Shown here piece after piece: positions 6,917 to 15,378 of a stretch of DNA of 28,959 nucleotides. The stretch spans positions 1 to 28,959 of the IMG/VR virus record IMGVR_UViG_3300022173_000100; one strand, 5' to 3'. Numbering within the stretch: the stretch's first letter is position 1; every line of letters starts with the position of its first letter. The translations under genes and the position numbers were made by a program. This DNA is from a virus (Duplodnaviria > Caudoviricetes). The notes under the pieces were generated by a model. That model searched no databases and was not told the DNA's origin. It worked only from the letters and a program-made list of their open reading frames with translations.

Positions 6917-6990
6917 TTATCAGGCAATTCTACTCGATGGGGATCTTGTAGGTTGTACCCATACCCACCCGAAAGGGTAAAGGAGTTCAC

Positions 6991-7392
6991 ATGGCTAACA
7001 GAAGATTTAAACAGTTTCAAGGAACATTAGAATCAGGAATCGTAAAACTTTACGGTGAAATGACTATCGGTTCTTCAGGAGCAATCTCTAGCTCAAGCAC
7101 TCAAGGTTTCAGTATTGCACTTACAGACTCTGAAGCTGGTCGTTACACGATCACACTAAACGATGCTTACTATGCAATCAAAGGTTGCCAAGTAACTTTG
7201 GTTGGTCCAGCGGATGCTGCTTTAACTGATGCTGGCGGCGTAATTTCGTTTATTCGTAATGACGATGTTAACGGAGCAAAAACTTTCGACCTTCAATTTG
7301 CTTCTAACGTTGACCTTGCTGATGCAGATGTTCAATCTGGTGCTAAAGTTTTAATGGAAATCACACTCAAAAATTCATCTCAAGAATTTTAA
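6991..7392 (+). CDS. Virion structural protein (capsid decoration-like)
   Basis: AAGGAG SD, beta-rich, capsid-like codon bias, AGRYTITL motif. Confidence 0.6.
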   Translation: MANRRFKQFQGTLESGIVKLYGEMTIGSSGAISSSSTQGFSIALTDSEAGRYTITLNDAYYAIKGCQVTLVGPADAALTDAGGVISFIRNDDVNGAKTFDLQFASNVDLADADVQSGAKVLMEITLKNSSQEF

Positions 7393-7405
7393 TTAAGAGG
7401 CTTTT

Positions 7406-7657
7406 ATGATGATGATGCCTGACAAAAAAAATGCTGCTGGAATTATCGTTGCAAAACTTAGTCCAGAAAAAAAAGTAGAGGAAAAAATGGTTGAAGAAAA
7501 ACCTCAATCTGATTACTCCGCTGCTAAAGAAGATGCTGCTAAAAAAATGATTGCCGCTTTTGAAAAAAAAGATGCAAAAATGTTAGCATCTTATCTTCAA
7601 GATTTTATGGACATGTGCGACATGGAAGAAGATAGTTCTGAATCTGAAATGGAATAA
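7406..7657 (+). CDS. Small charged hypothetical protein
   Basis: AAGAGG SD; K/E/M-rich with acidic tail. Confidence 0.75.
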   Translation: MMMMPDKKNAAGIIVAKLSPEKKVEEKMVEEKPQSDYSAAKEDAAKKMIAAFEKKDAKMLASYLQDFMDMCDMEEDSSESEME

Positions 7658-7659
7658 TC

Positions 7660-7683
7660 GGGGGCGGAAACGCCCTCTTTTTT
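7660..7683 (+). terminator. Rho-independent terminator
   Basis: GGGGGCG-GAAA-CGCCCTC-TTTTTT. Confidence 0.85.
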
Positions 7684-7694
7684 AAGAGGTACAC

Positions 7695-8381
7695 ATGGCG
7701 GAAACGCTTTCCTCGTTACGAACGCGAGTTCGTGCACGAGCTGATATGAAGAATTCCAACTTTGTTGAGGATTCCGAACTTAATCAATACATAAACTCTT
7801 CTTATCAAGAGTTATACGATCTATTAGTAGCTTCATTTGAGGATTACTATACAGCCGCCCCTACAAGTTTTACAATTGCATCTGGATCTAACACCTATAC
7901 GCTGCCTGCGGATTTTTATAAACTTCGTGGCGTAGATTTTAGCAGCGATGGATCAAACTACTATACTATGATGCCATTTGACTTTGCAAACAGAAATAAT
8001 TTAAATAACAACGTTGGTGTTTTAGCTCTCTCTCAATATCAAAACCAATACCGCATAGTCGGAGACAAAATATACATTACTCCAGAAGATAATGCAGCTG
8101 GATCTTACCGGATATGGTATGTTCCTCGCGCTACCGTGCTAACTGTAGATGCCTCAACTCTTGATGGTATTAATGGTTGGGAAGAATATGTTGTAGTAGA
8201 TGCTGCTCGTAAATGTTTAGCAAAAGAAGAGAGTGATACTTCATTTTTAGTACAAGAAAAAGAAATGTTAAGACAAAGAATTATAGCGATGTCTGCTCGT
8301 AGAGATGCGGGTATGCCTAAAAGTATTACTGATGTGAATACATCGTTATACGGTGGCTACTACCGCAGTAGGATTTTTTAG
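7695..8381 (+). CDS. Head-tail adaptor (tail tubular protein A-like)
   Basis: TLSSLRTRVRARAD...ELNQYIN...YTLPADF pattern; position. Confidence 0.8.
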   Translation: MAETLSSLRTRVRARADMKNSNFVEDSELNQYINSSYQELYDLLVASFEDYYTAAPTSFTIASGSNTYTLPADFYKLRGVDFSSDGSNYYTMMPFDFANRNNLNNNVGVLALSQYQNQYRIVGDKIYITPEDNAAGSYRIWYVPRATVLTVDASTLDGINGWEEYVVVDAARKCLAKEESDTSFLVQEKEMLRQRIIAMSARRDAGMPKSITDVNTSLYGGYYRSRIF

Positions 8382-8695
8382 TGTTTAAAAAGTTTAAAAA
8401 AATAGAGATTGAAGACGAAGTCTTATCTCGAATGCAAGATAATGTTGAGCAAGCAATTTCTCTTTTACCTACTACTGATATTTTACAAGGTAGATTAGTA
8501 AAGAATGTATCGCTGTTATCCGCATCAACGGTTAAAGTTTCCCACAAATTGGGAAGACCTCCGGTTGGTTGGATAATTGTTCGACAAAGGGCAAGTGCTA
8601 TTATATGGGATTCTCAAGATTCCAATGCAAACCCTAGTCTGACATTAGATCTTAACTGTAGTGCTAATGTTACAGTTGATTTATACGTGTTTTAG
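8381..8695 (+). CDS. Small virion/tail protein
   Basis: GTG overlaps the adaptor TAG; VSHKLGRPPVGWIIV motif typical of small tail beta-proteins. Confidence 0.7.
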   Translation: MFKKFKKIEIEDEVLSRMQDNVEQAISLLPTTDILQGRLVKNVSLLSASTVKVSHKLGRPPVGWIIVRQRASAIIWDSQDSNANPSLTLDLNCSANVTVDLYVF

Positions 8696-8712
8696 ATTAA
8701 GGAATAAAAAAT

Positions 8713-9369
8713 ATGTCAACAACTTACATGCTTTTAGATTTACCAACACCAAGCGTGACCGTGGGTCCAACTTGGGCACAAGATGTCAATGATGCTTTTG
8801 ATCTTGTAGATGCTCACGACCACTCATCTGGTAAAGGCGTTAAAGTAAAACCTAATGGGATGAACATTAACGATGATCTAGACATTCAAGAAAATCAACT
8901 TGAAAACGTTGAAGCTGTTGAGTTAGTAGATCTAGCGGTTGCTTTATCCGGCGCATCAAATGCTAACAAAATTCACGCTGTCGGCGGAGATTTATACTTT
9001 ACAAATAGTTCTGGAACAGCGGTACAAATTACCGACGGCGGATCGATCGTATCCAGCCCCGGGTCAGCCTCAATATTTGAAACAAGTGCTGTATCTGGAG
9101 ATGTTACAATATCCCCATCTGATACATTTGTATATTTAATTATTGACACTAGTGCAGCCAGAGCTATAACTTTACCACTTGCTTCAGCAGTAACAGCTGG
9201 ACGAATTTATATTTTAAAGGATGCAACAGGTCAAGCTGATACAAATGCTATAACAATTGCACGTGCTGGTTCTGATACTATTGATGGTGATACAAGTTAT
9301 GTTATGGACGAAGAGTACGGATCTAGAATTGTAGTAAGTGATGGAACTTCAAAATGGCATGTTAGTTAA
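8713..9369 (+). CDS. Proximal tail fibre/connector protein
   Basis: HDHS motif; C-terminal ITLP..G...ILKD..G.A..N.ITI...G..TIDG...W domain. Confidence 0.65.
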   Translation: MSTTYMLLDLPTPSVTVGPTWAQDVNDAFDLVDAHDHSSGKGVKVKPNGMNINDDLDIQENQLENVEAVELVDLAVALSGASNANKIHAVGGDLYFTNSSGTAVQITDGGSIVSSPGSASIFETSAVSGDVTISPSDTFVYLIIDTSAARAITLPLASAVTAGRIYILKDATGQADTNAITIARAGSDTIDGDTSYVMDEEYGSRIVVSDGTSKWHVS

Positions 9370-9378
9370 GGAATACCA

Positions 9379-12342
9379 ATGTTACAAAAACAAAGTCTTC
9401 CTATTAATTTTGAATCAGGGATGGATACAAAAACCGACACTAAGCAATTAGATCTCGGCAAAATGTATCAAATAATAAACGGAACTTATTCGTCTCCGCG
9501 CAAAATTACTAAAAGAAATGGATATAATGCTTTAGAAAAATATAACACCAGCGGAGATGAGGTTGAATCTTTACAATCTTTAGCCGTGTTTAATAATGAA
9601 TTAGTAGGGTTTTCTGACACTACACTATATTCGTATTCTGAAAATATTGAGAAGTGGGTAGACCGTGGCGATATCTCAAACTTAAACGTAACCTCTGTTC
9701 CGGTAATGAGAAATGCATATAATGCTACTAAAATACACTCTAGTTGTGTAAACAATATTGCAGCATTTGTATGGAAAGATAGTAGAGGCGGTTGCCGCTT
9801 TTCAATAGTGGACACCACCTCAAATACTTTTTTTCAATCTGATATAGAGTTATCAGCTAGCGCGGAAGATCCACAAGTTGTAGTAAATCAATCACAGTTT
9901 TATTTATTTTATAGAGAAACAGGTGTTTTAAAATACAAAAAAGTAAACTCTGCAAATCCTACAGTTTTAGGTTCTGCAGTTACCGTTAAATCTGATTTAG
10001 ATAGTACAAATCCAAGATATGATACAAAAAACATTAATGATAGAATTTATGTTGCATATAACTCAACTGCTGGAAATGAATTGCAAGTGTTTTATATAAA
10101 CAGTTCAGATGCATTATCCAGTGCTACTGGAGTTAATGTTCAGCCAACAGAGTGTATAACTATTACAAATGATTCTCAAGATAGAATTTGGATTGCATAT
10201 CACAACGCTACATCAGTTTTTGCAATATGCTTATCATATACACTAAGCGCTACTTTACTATCAGCAACAGTAATAGAAACAATAGCAAACGTAGTAAATG
10301 TTAGTCTAATAGAAACTGCAACCACTACAATGACGGCGGTATATACCATATCTGACTCAACTGCTTCCGAATATTTAACACGTAAAAACACAATAACTCT
10401 TGCTGGAACAGCCGGAACAGCCGCAGTATTTTTACGCTCAGTATCACAAGCTAGTAAGCTATTTGAATATAACGATATTCAATATACACTTTTGGTTCAC
10501 GACTCTACTTTACAACAAACATACTTTTTGGCAGATCTTGCAGGTATAATTCAAGCCAGATTTTCTCCTGGAATTGGAGGAAATGTTTTAGGTAAAAGTC
10601 AATTAATGGAGCCATGTGTTTTATCTACTGGTGAGTTTTTATTTTCTACGCAGATAAAATCTATTATCTTTCAATCTGAAGATTCCTCAGGATCAATAGC
10701 ATCTAGTACATTTGGGATTAGCAGAAACACTATTAATTTTGAGCCAACACTTAACTATCAGGATTCTGGACTAGGACAAAACCTATATATCACTGGTGGA
10801 GTTCTTAAGAATTATGATGGATCTACTGTAACTGAAGATAATTTCTTTTTGTTTCCAGAAGGGTTAACGGCTGGTACAAACTCAGCATCTGGTGGATCGA
10901 TGAGTGATGGAGTATATCAGTATGTGGCTGTTTACTCTTGGTTTGACAATCGTGGACAACTTCATAGAAGCGCTACCTCAATTCCCCTAAGCGTCACAAC
11001 TTCTGCAGGTGGCTCATCTCAAACTCAACAAGTAATCATACCAACTCTTCGCCTAACTCAAAAATCTAATGTTATGATTGAGTTGTATCGAACAGAAAAT
11101 GCCGGAACAACTTTTTATTTACTACAATCATATTCCTCTCCAACTTTTAACGATAAAACAGTTGACACTGTAACTTATACAGATGGAGCTACCGACGCTA
11201 GTTTATTAGACAACCCTACTTTATATACTACTGGTGGCGTGTTAGATAACGACCCAGCACCCAATGCTTCAATTATTGTAAATTGGAAAAATAGGTTAGT
11301 GTTAGCAGGATTAGAAGATCAAGAACAAATCGCTTACTCAAAAATTTATTCTCCAGGTACTCCAGCACAATTTTCAGATTTTTTAAGAGTTAACATTAGT
11401 AATCAAGGCGGTCCAGTAACTGCTCTTGGAGTGTTAGATGATAAATTAATTATTTTTAAAAAATCCCTAATATTCCTATTCACTGGAAATGGTCCAAATA
11501 ATACAGGAGAACAATCGGATTTTGGAGAACCTGAGATTATATCCTCGGACGCCGGATGTGAAGACCCCGCCTCAGTAGTGATTACTCCGGTAGGCATTAT
11601 GTTTAAATCTAGTAAAGGGATTTACTTATTAAACAGAGGATTAAATGTCCAGTATATTGGTGCTCCAGTAGAGGCATACAATCAATATCAAATTACAGCT
11701 GCAACAAATGTTCCAGACAATAACCAAGTTAGATTTTTAACAGATGATTCATACTGTCTTGTATACGATACTTTTTTTGAAAAATGGTCTATATTTGATA
11801 ACCATGGTGGAAAAGATGGTGAGATTTTAAATAGTAGTTATGTTTATTTAAGAAATAATGAAAATTTAGTATATAAACAAGATAGCTCATTTTTAGATAA
11901 TGGTGAACCTATTAGTTTACAAATTGATACTGGGTGGTTAAGTTTTGCCGGAGTTCAAGGGTTTCAAAGAGTTTATAAACTTTTAGGATTAGGTGAGTTT
12001 TTCTCAAGCCACAACCTTACAATTAAAACTGCATTTAACTATCAAAATCTATTTACAGAAAGTAAGACTATTGCATCTGATGATTTTATAAACTCAAGCA
12101 CTTATGGTGATAGCGCTACTTATGGGTCTGACGAATATTACGGTGGAGATTCTGGTCTAAACGCCTACCAATTTCGCCTAGATATCAAGTCTCAAAAATC
12201 CCAGAGTATTAGAATTACGATAAAAGAGTCACAAAATGACACTTATGGACGTGGTTTATCGCTTTCTAACCTAAATTTTGAAATTGGGTTAAAATCTGGA
12301 ACTGGAAAGATTAATCAATCGCAAGGGTTTGGAACCAACTGA
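9379..12342 (+). CDS. Tail nozzle (tail tubular protein B / P22 gp10-like)
   Basis: 987 aa, beta-propeller-like; F..GMDTK N-terminus, KRNGY, LIIFK, GC....SVV motifs; position. Confidence 0.8.
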   Translation: MLQKQSLPINFESGMDTKTDTKQLDLGKMYQIINGTYSSPRKITKRNGYNALEKYNTSGDEVESLQSLAVFNNELVGFSDTTLYSYSENIEKWVDRGDISNLNVTSVPVMRNAYNATKIHSSCVNNIAAFVWKDSRGGCRFSIVDTTSNTFFQSDIELSASAEDPQVVVNQSQFYLFYRETGVLKYKKVNSANPTVLGSAVTVKSDLDSTNPRYDTKNINDRIYVAYNSTAGNELQVFYINSSDALSSATGVNVQPTECITITNDSQDRIWIAYHNATSVFAICLSYTLSATLLSATVIETIANVVNVSLIETATTTMTAVYTISDSTASEYLTRKNTITLAGTAGTAAVFLRSVSQASKLFEYNDIQYTLLVHDSTLQQTYFLADLAGIIQARFSPGIGGNVLGKSQLMEPCVLSTGEFLFSTQIKSIIFQSEDSSGSIASSTFGISRNTINFEPTLNYQDSGLGQNLYITGGVLKNYDGSTVTEDNFFLFPEGLTAGTNSASGGSMSDGVYQYVAVYSWFDNRGQLHRSATSIPLSVTTSAGGSSQTQQVIIPTLRLTQKSNVMIELYRTENAGTTFYLLQSYSSPTFNDKTVDTVTYTDGATDASLLDNPTLYTTGGVLDNDPAPNASIIVNWKNRLVLAGLEDQEQIAYSKIYSPGTPAQFSDFLRVNISNQGGPVTALGVLDDKLIIFKKSLIFLFTGNGPNNTGEQSDFGEPEIISSDAGCEDPASVVITPVGIMFKSSKGIYLLNRGLNVQYIGAPVEAYNQYQITAATNVPDNNQVRFLTDDSYCLVYDTFFEKWSIFDNHGGKDGEILNSSYVYLRNNENLVYKQDSSFLDNGEPISLQIDTGWLSFAGVQGFQRVYKLLGLGEFFSSHNLTIKTAFNYQNLFTESKTIASDDFINSSTYGDSATYGSDEYYGGDSGLNAYQFRLDIKSQKSQSIRITIKESQNDTYGRGLSLSNLNFEIGLKSGTGKINQSQGFGTN

Positions 12343-12677
12343 TGATACAATATAAATTATATCTTGAGGAGACTTATCCGGGACAATCCTGCTACATTGA
12401 CTCTCAAAATAGAGGTTGGGCAAGTTATAAGATTGAAGGCGATGAATGTTATATCAATCATTGTTACTTAGCTCCAGAATATAGAAATTTAGCATTAATG
12501 AGCGAACTATGCTCAAACATTGAAGCAATTGCACGTGAATCTGGGTGTAAGTATATGACCGGAACGGTTGAGGTTGGTACTGGAAATCCAATTAGAAGTT
12601 TAAAAATGATGGCAACGGATGGGTATAGAATTCATTCAGCAAATAATAACATTATTGTTATGATAAAGGATCTATAA
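12342..12677 (+). CDS. GNAT-fold acetyltransferase-like protein (T7 gp13 position)
   Basis: YINHCYLAPEYR...ARESGC...GY pattern; lies between nozzle and ejection genes. Confidence 0.75.
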   Translation: MIQYKLYLEETYPGQSCYIDSQNRGWASYKIEGDECYINHCYLAPEYRNLALMSELCSNIEAIARESGCKYMTGTVEVGTGNPIRSLKMMATDGYRIHSANNNIIVMIKDL

Positions 12678-13594
12678 TGGGAAGCGCGGTTAAAAAAGTA
12701 GCTAAAGTAGCAGTAAGCACAGTAGACCCTTTAAACCTTAGTGGTAAAGGCGCATTTAGTCCGGTACCAGGTTTAGAAGGAAAGTTAGGCGGTGCTTTTG
12801 ATGCTATTACTGGAAAAGTTAATACACCTAGTGGATATAATCCAAATGCCGCTGCTTTTGCTCCATCAAAAGAACAGTTGGAATTTAGAAAAACTTTAAA
12901 AGCTCAAGCACTAGGACAAGATCCAACATCTGTAGCTCAACAACAACTTCAACGTGGTACTGACAGAAATATAGCGCAAATAGCCGGATTAGCTGGCGGT
13001 CAAAGAAGTAATCAAGGGTTGGCATTAAGACAAGCATTTAGAGCACAAGCCGGTGCTAACCAAGAAATGGCTGGACAAGCTGCTGCCTTAAGAGCGCAAG
13101 AAATGGGCGCTGCACAAGACGCATACTCTCAAGATTTAATAAGAGAACAACAGTCTTCTCAAAATTTAGAAAATACAAGAGCAGGAATTGCAGGCGCTAC
13201 TCAAGCACTACAGTTTCAAGCCAACCAAGCTAAAGCTCAGGGATTACAAAATCTAATACAAACTGGTGCAGGTGCTGCTTTAATGATGTCCGATGAAAAT
13301 TTAAAAAAAGATATTAAAAAAGCGTCTCCAAAAGACTTAGAAGATTTTGCTGTAAAATTAAAAGCTTCAAAATTTAAATATAAACAGCCTAATGGAGAAT
13401 CTTATCAAGACGGTGAAGTTACTGGAATTATGGCACAAGATTTAGAAAAAAGTAAGATAGGAAAAGATATGATTGTTGATAGTAATATTGGAAAAATGGT
13501 TGATATGAAAAGAGCTGTCCCCGCTACTTTGGCTGCTATTTCTGATATAATGAAAAGAATTAAAAATTTAGAAAATAAAAAAGAAAAGGTTTAG
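12677..13594 (+). CDS. Ejection/pilot protein with C-terminal peptidase S74 (intramolecular chaperone) domain
   Basis: Ala/Gln/Gly-rich N-terminal part; SDENLKKDIK...FKYK...GIMAQDLEK and a terminal coiled coil. Confidence 0.8.
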   Translation: MGSAVKKVAKVAVSTVDPLNLSGKGAFSPVPGLEGKLGGAFDAITGKVNTPSGYNPNAAAFAPSKEQLEFRKTLKAQALGQDPTSVAQQQLQRGTDRNIAQIAGLAGGQRSNQGLALRQAFRAQAGANQEMAGQAAALRAQEMGAAQDAYSQDLIREQQSSQNLENTRAGIAGATQALQFQANQAKAQGLQNLIQTGAGAALMMSDENLKKDIKKASPKDLEDFAVKLKASKFKYKQPNGESYQDGEVTGIMAQDLEKSKIGKDMIVDSNIGKMVDMKRAVPATLAAISDIMKRIKNLENKKEKV

Positions 13595-13596
13595 TT

Positions 13597-13887
13597 ATGG
13601 CATTTGATGGTAAAATGTTTATGCAAAACTTTGGTAAAGCTTTAGTACAAAAAGGTATTGGGCAAAAAAGCGGTCCAGATATTCAATCGCAATTTTTCGA
13701 CATGCTTAAAAAGAAAAAAATGCAACAATCTTCTGGTGTAGACTATTCTCCAGAGTTAGAAAACGCAAAAAAAGTTGAGCAGGTGGTTGCTCCGGGATTA
13801 AAATCCGTTGAAATGAAAGATTTGAATCAAACTACTATGGATGATGAAGAAGAATTAAAAAATAAACGCAAATCTTATTTTGCATAA
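13597..13887 (+). CDS. Hypothetical K/M/Q-rich protein
   Basis: AAAGG SD, 96 aa, in operon. Confidence 0.7.
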   Translation: MAFDGKMFMQNFGKALVQKGIGQKSGPDIQSQFFDMLKKKKMQQSSGVDYSPELENAKKVEQVVAPGLKSVEMKDLNQTTMDDEEELKNKRKSYFA

Positions 13888-13889
13888 AC

Positions 13890-13918
13890 TTGACATTAAA
13901 TTAAAATAATGGTATAAT
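13890..13918 (+). promoter_or_regulatory. Perfect host sigma70 promoter inside the virion module
   Basis: TTGACA-17 bp-TATAAT with TGn, intergenic. Confidence 0.85.
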
Positions 13919-13935
13919 AATAGATTGAGGGATTC

Positions 13936-15375
13936 ATGGCTGACACACAAACAAAAGTAGACGCAGAAAAAGCAAGGATTGTACAACAATCTTTAGGTAA
14001 AAATGCACCTGCTTTACAGGGTATGGAATTTGATCTTCCACAATATAACTCTCCAGATACAGAATTACAAGCGTTAAATATAGTTGCCGATGGAAATTCC
14101 GTTTTAGACAGAGCTGCTCCAACGGCGCAATTAGCGACAACAAACCCAATTGTTGTTGAGCAAATAGCACAAAAGCGCGGTGAGTTAGGTTTGCCCGGAG
14201 GAATTGCACCAGCTCCACAAGCTCCTATAAGTGTTGACCAGTTACAAGTAACCCCGCAACAAACCCCTACTCAATCAATACAACCATCTGGTCCAAATTT
14301 GGACGCTTATAATAAAACAATTAAAGCTCTAGGAACCGCTGCTGAAGTTGGTAAACTGGCAGCCGCTCAAGAAATAGCTGCTGTTGATGCATATGATAGT
14401 AAACTCAAAGAATTTGAAATAAAGCAACAAGAAGCTAGGGATGCTCGACAAAAAGAAGTCGATGGTAAAATATTATTAGCTCAAAAACAAGTTGAAGAAA
14501 TAGCGTCTGGAGACATAGATCCAAACAGAGTATTCTCTAACATGTCAACTGCACAAAAATTTGGTAACATTATTTTAACGGCTATTGCTGGAAATAAAGG
14601 TATTGAAGCATTAGATAGAATGGTTAGAATGGATGTTGCCGCTCAAGAAAATAATAAAAATAGTAAGTTGAGTGCAGCTAAGGATAAAGTTTCTATTTAT
14701 CAAGATTTTAGAAATAAATTAAAAGACGACTTTTTAGCAGCTGAAGCAACAAAAGCTTCAATGTATCAAGTTGCCCAAATGAAACTACAAGCTATACAAG
14801 GTCAAACTAGGAATGCGCAAGTAGCAGCTAATATACAAAACCAAATGGCTGAGTTGGAGTTAAAAAAACAAGAAACTGTTGCTAAGTTTCAAGAACATGC
14901 TAACAAGCTTGCGGCGCAAGAATCTTTACAAGCAGTTGATCCTGTTACAGCTAAAATTAATATGCTACCTGATAGTGCGCAAAAACCATTATTAGAAGCT
15001 AAAGAAGTTTACGACGCAACTCAGGCGGCGTTTAAAACAATTGATAGTATTTTTTCAGAAGCAGAAGGTATTGGTGGAATAGAAGGAAATATTCCTTTTT
15101 CAGATAAAAAAGCTCAAGTAGAAGCTAACAATGCTAACATTGAGTCAGCAATTCGTGCTACTATGAAGGGTCAGGGAACTATTCAAGAAGCGGAGATTGA
15201 AAGACTTGTAAAGCCTTTACTACCGCTACCATCGGACTCAGTGTCTCGTATCAGGATTAAACAACAAAAACTTAAGCAACTACTCTCAACAAAAAATGCT
15301 GGACAGATTGGTCGTTTACAAAATATGGGATTACTTCCTAGAGAATTTTCACCAACGTCAGCTAAAAAAAACTAA
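13936..15375 (+). CDS. Putative internal virion/ejection protein
   Basis: 479 aa, Ala/Gln/Lys-rich coiled coils; position. Confidence 0.65.
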   Translation: MADTQTKVDAEKARIVQQSLGKNAPALQGMEFDLPQYNSPDTELQALNIVADGNSVLDRAAPTAQLATTNPIVVEQIAQKRGELGLPGGIAPAPQAPISVDQLQVTPQQTPTQSIQPSGPNLDAYNKTIKALGTAAEVGKLAAAQEIAAVDAYDSKLKEFEIKQQEARDARQKEVDGKILLAQKQVEEIASGDIDPNRVFSNMSTAQKFGNIILTAIAGNKGIEALDRMVRMDVAAQENNKNSKLSAAKDKVSIYQDFRNKLKDDFLAAEATKASMYQVAQMKLQAIQGQTRNAQVAANIQNQMAELELKKQETVAKFQEHANKLAAQESLQAVDPVTAKINMLPDSAQKPLLEAKEVYDATQAAFKTIDSIFSEAEGIGGIEGNIPFSDKKAQVEANNANIESAIRATMKGQGTIQEAEIERLVKPLLPLPSDSVSRIRIKQQKLKQLLSTKNAGQIGRLQNMGLLPREFSPTSAKKN

Positions 15376-15378
15376 ATC

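Noticed and set aside
6425-6990. Group I intron in the capsid region
   Set aside because: The capsid ends naturally with a terminator, the next gene has its own SD, and there is no room for P/Q/R/S core elements
12097-12150. TYGD-TYGS-YYGG repeat near the nozzle C-terminus
   Set aside because: Short low-complexity loop; nothing in the sequence supports a separate function
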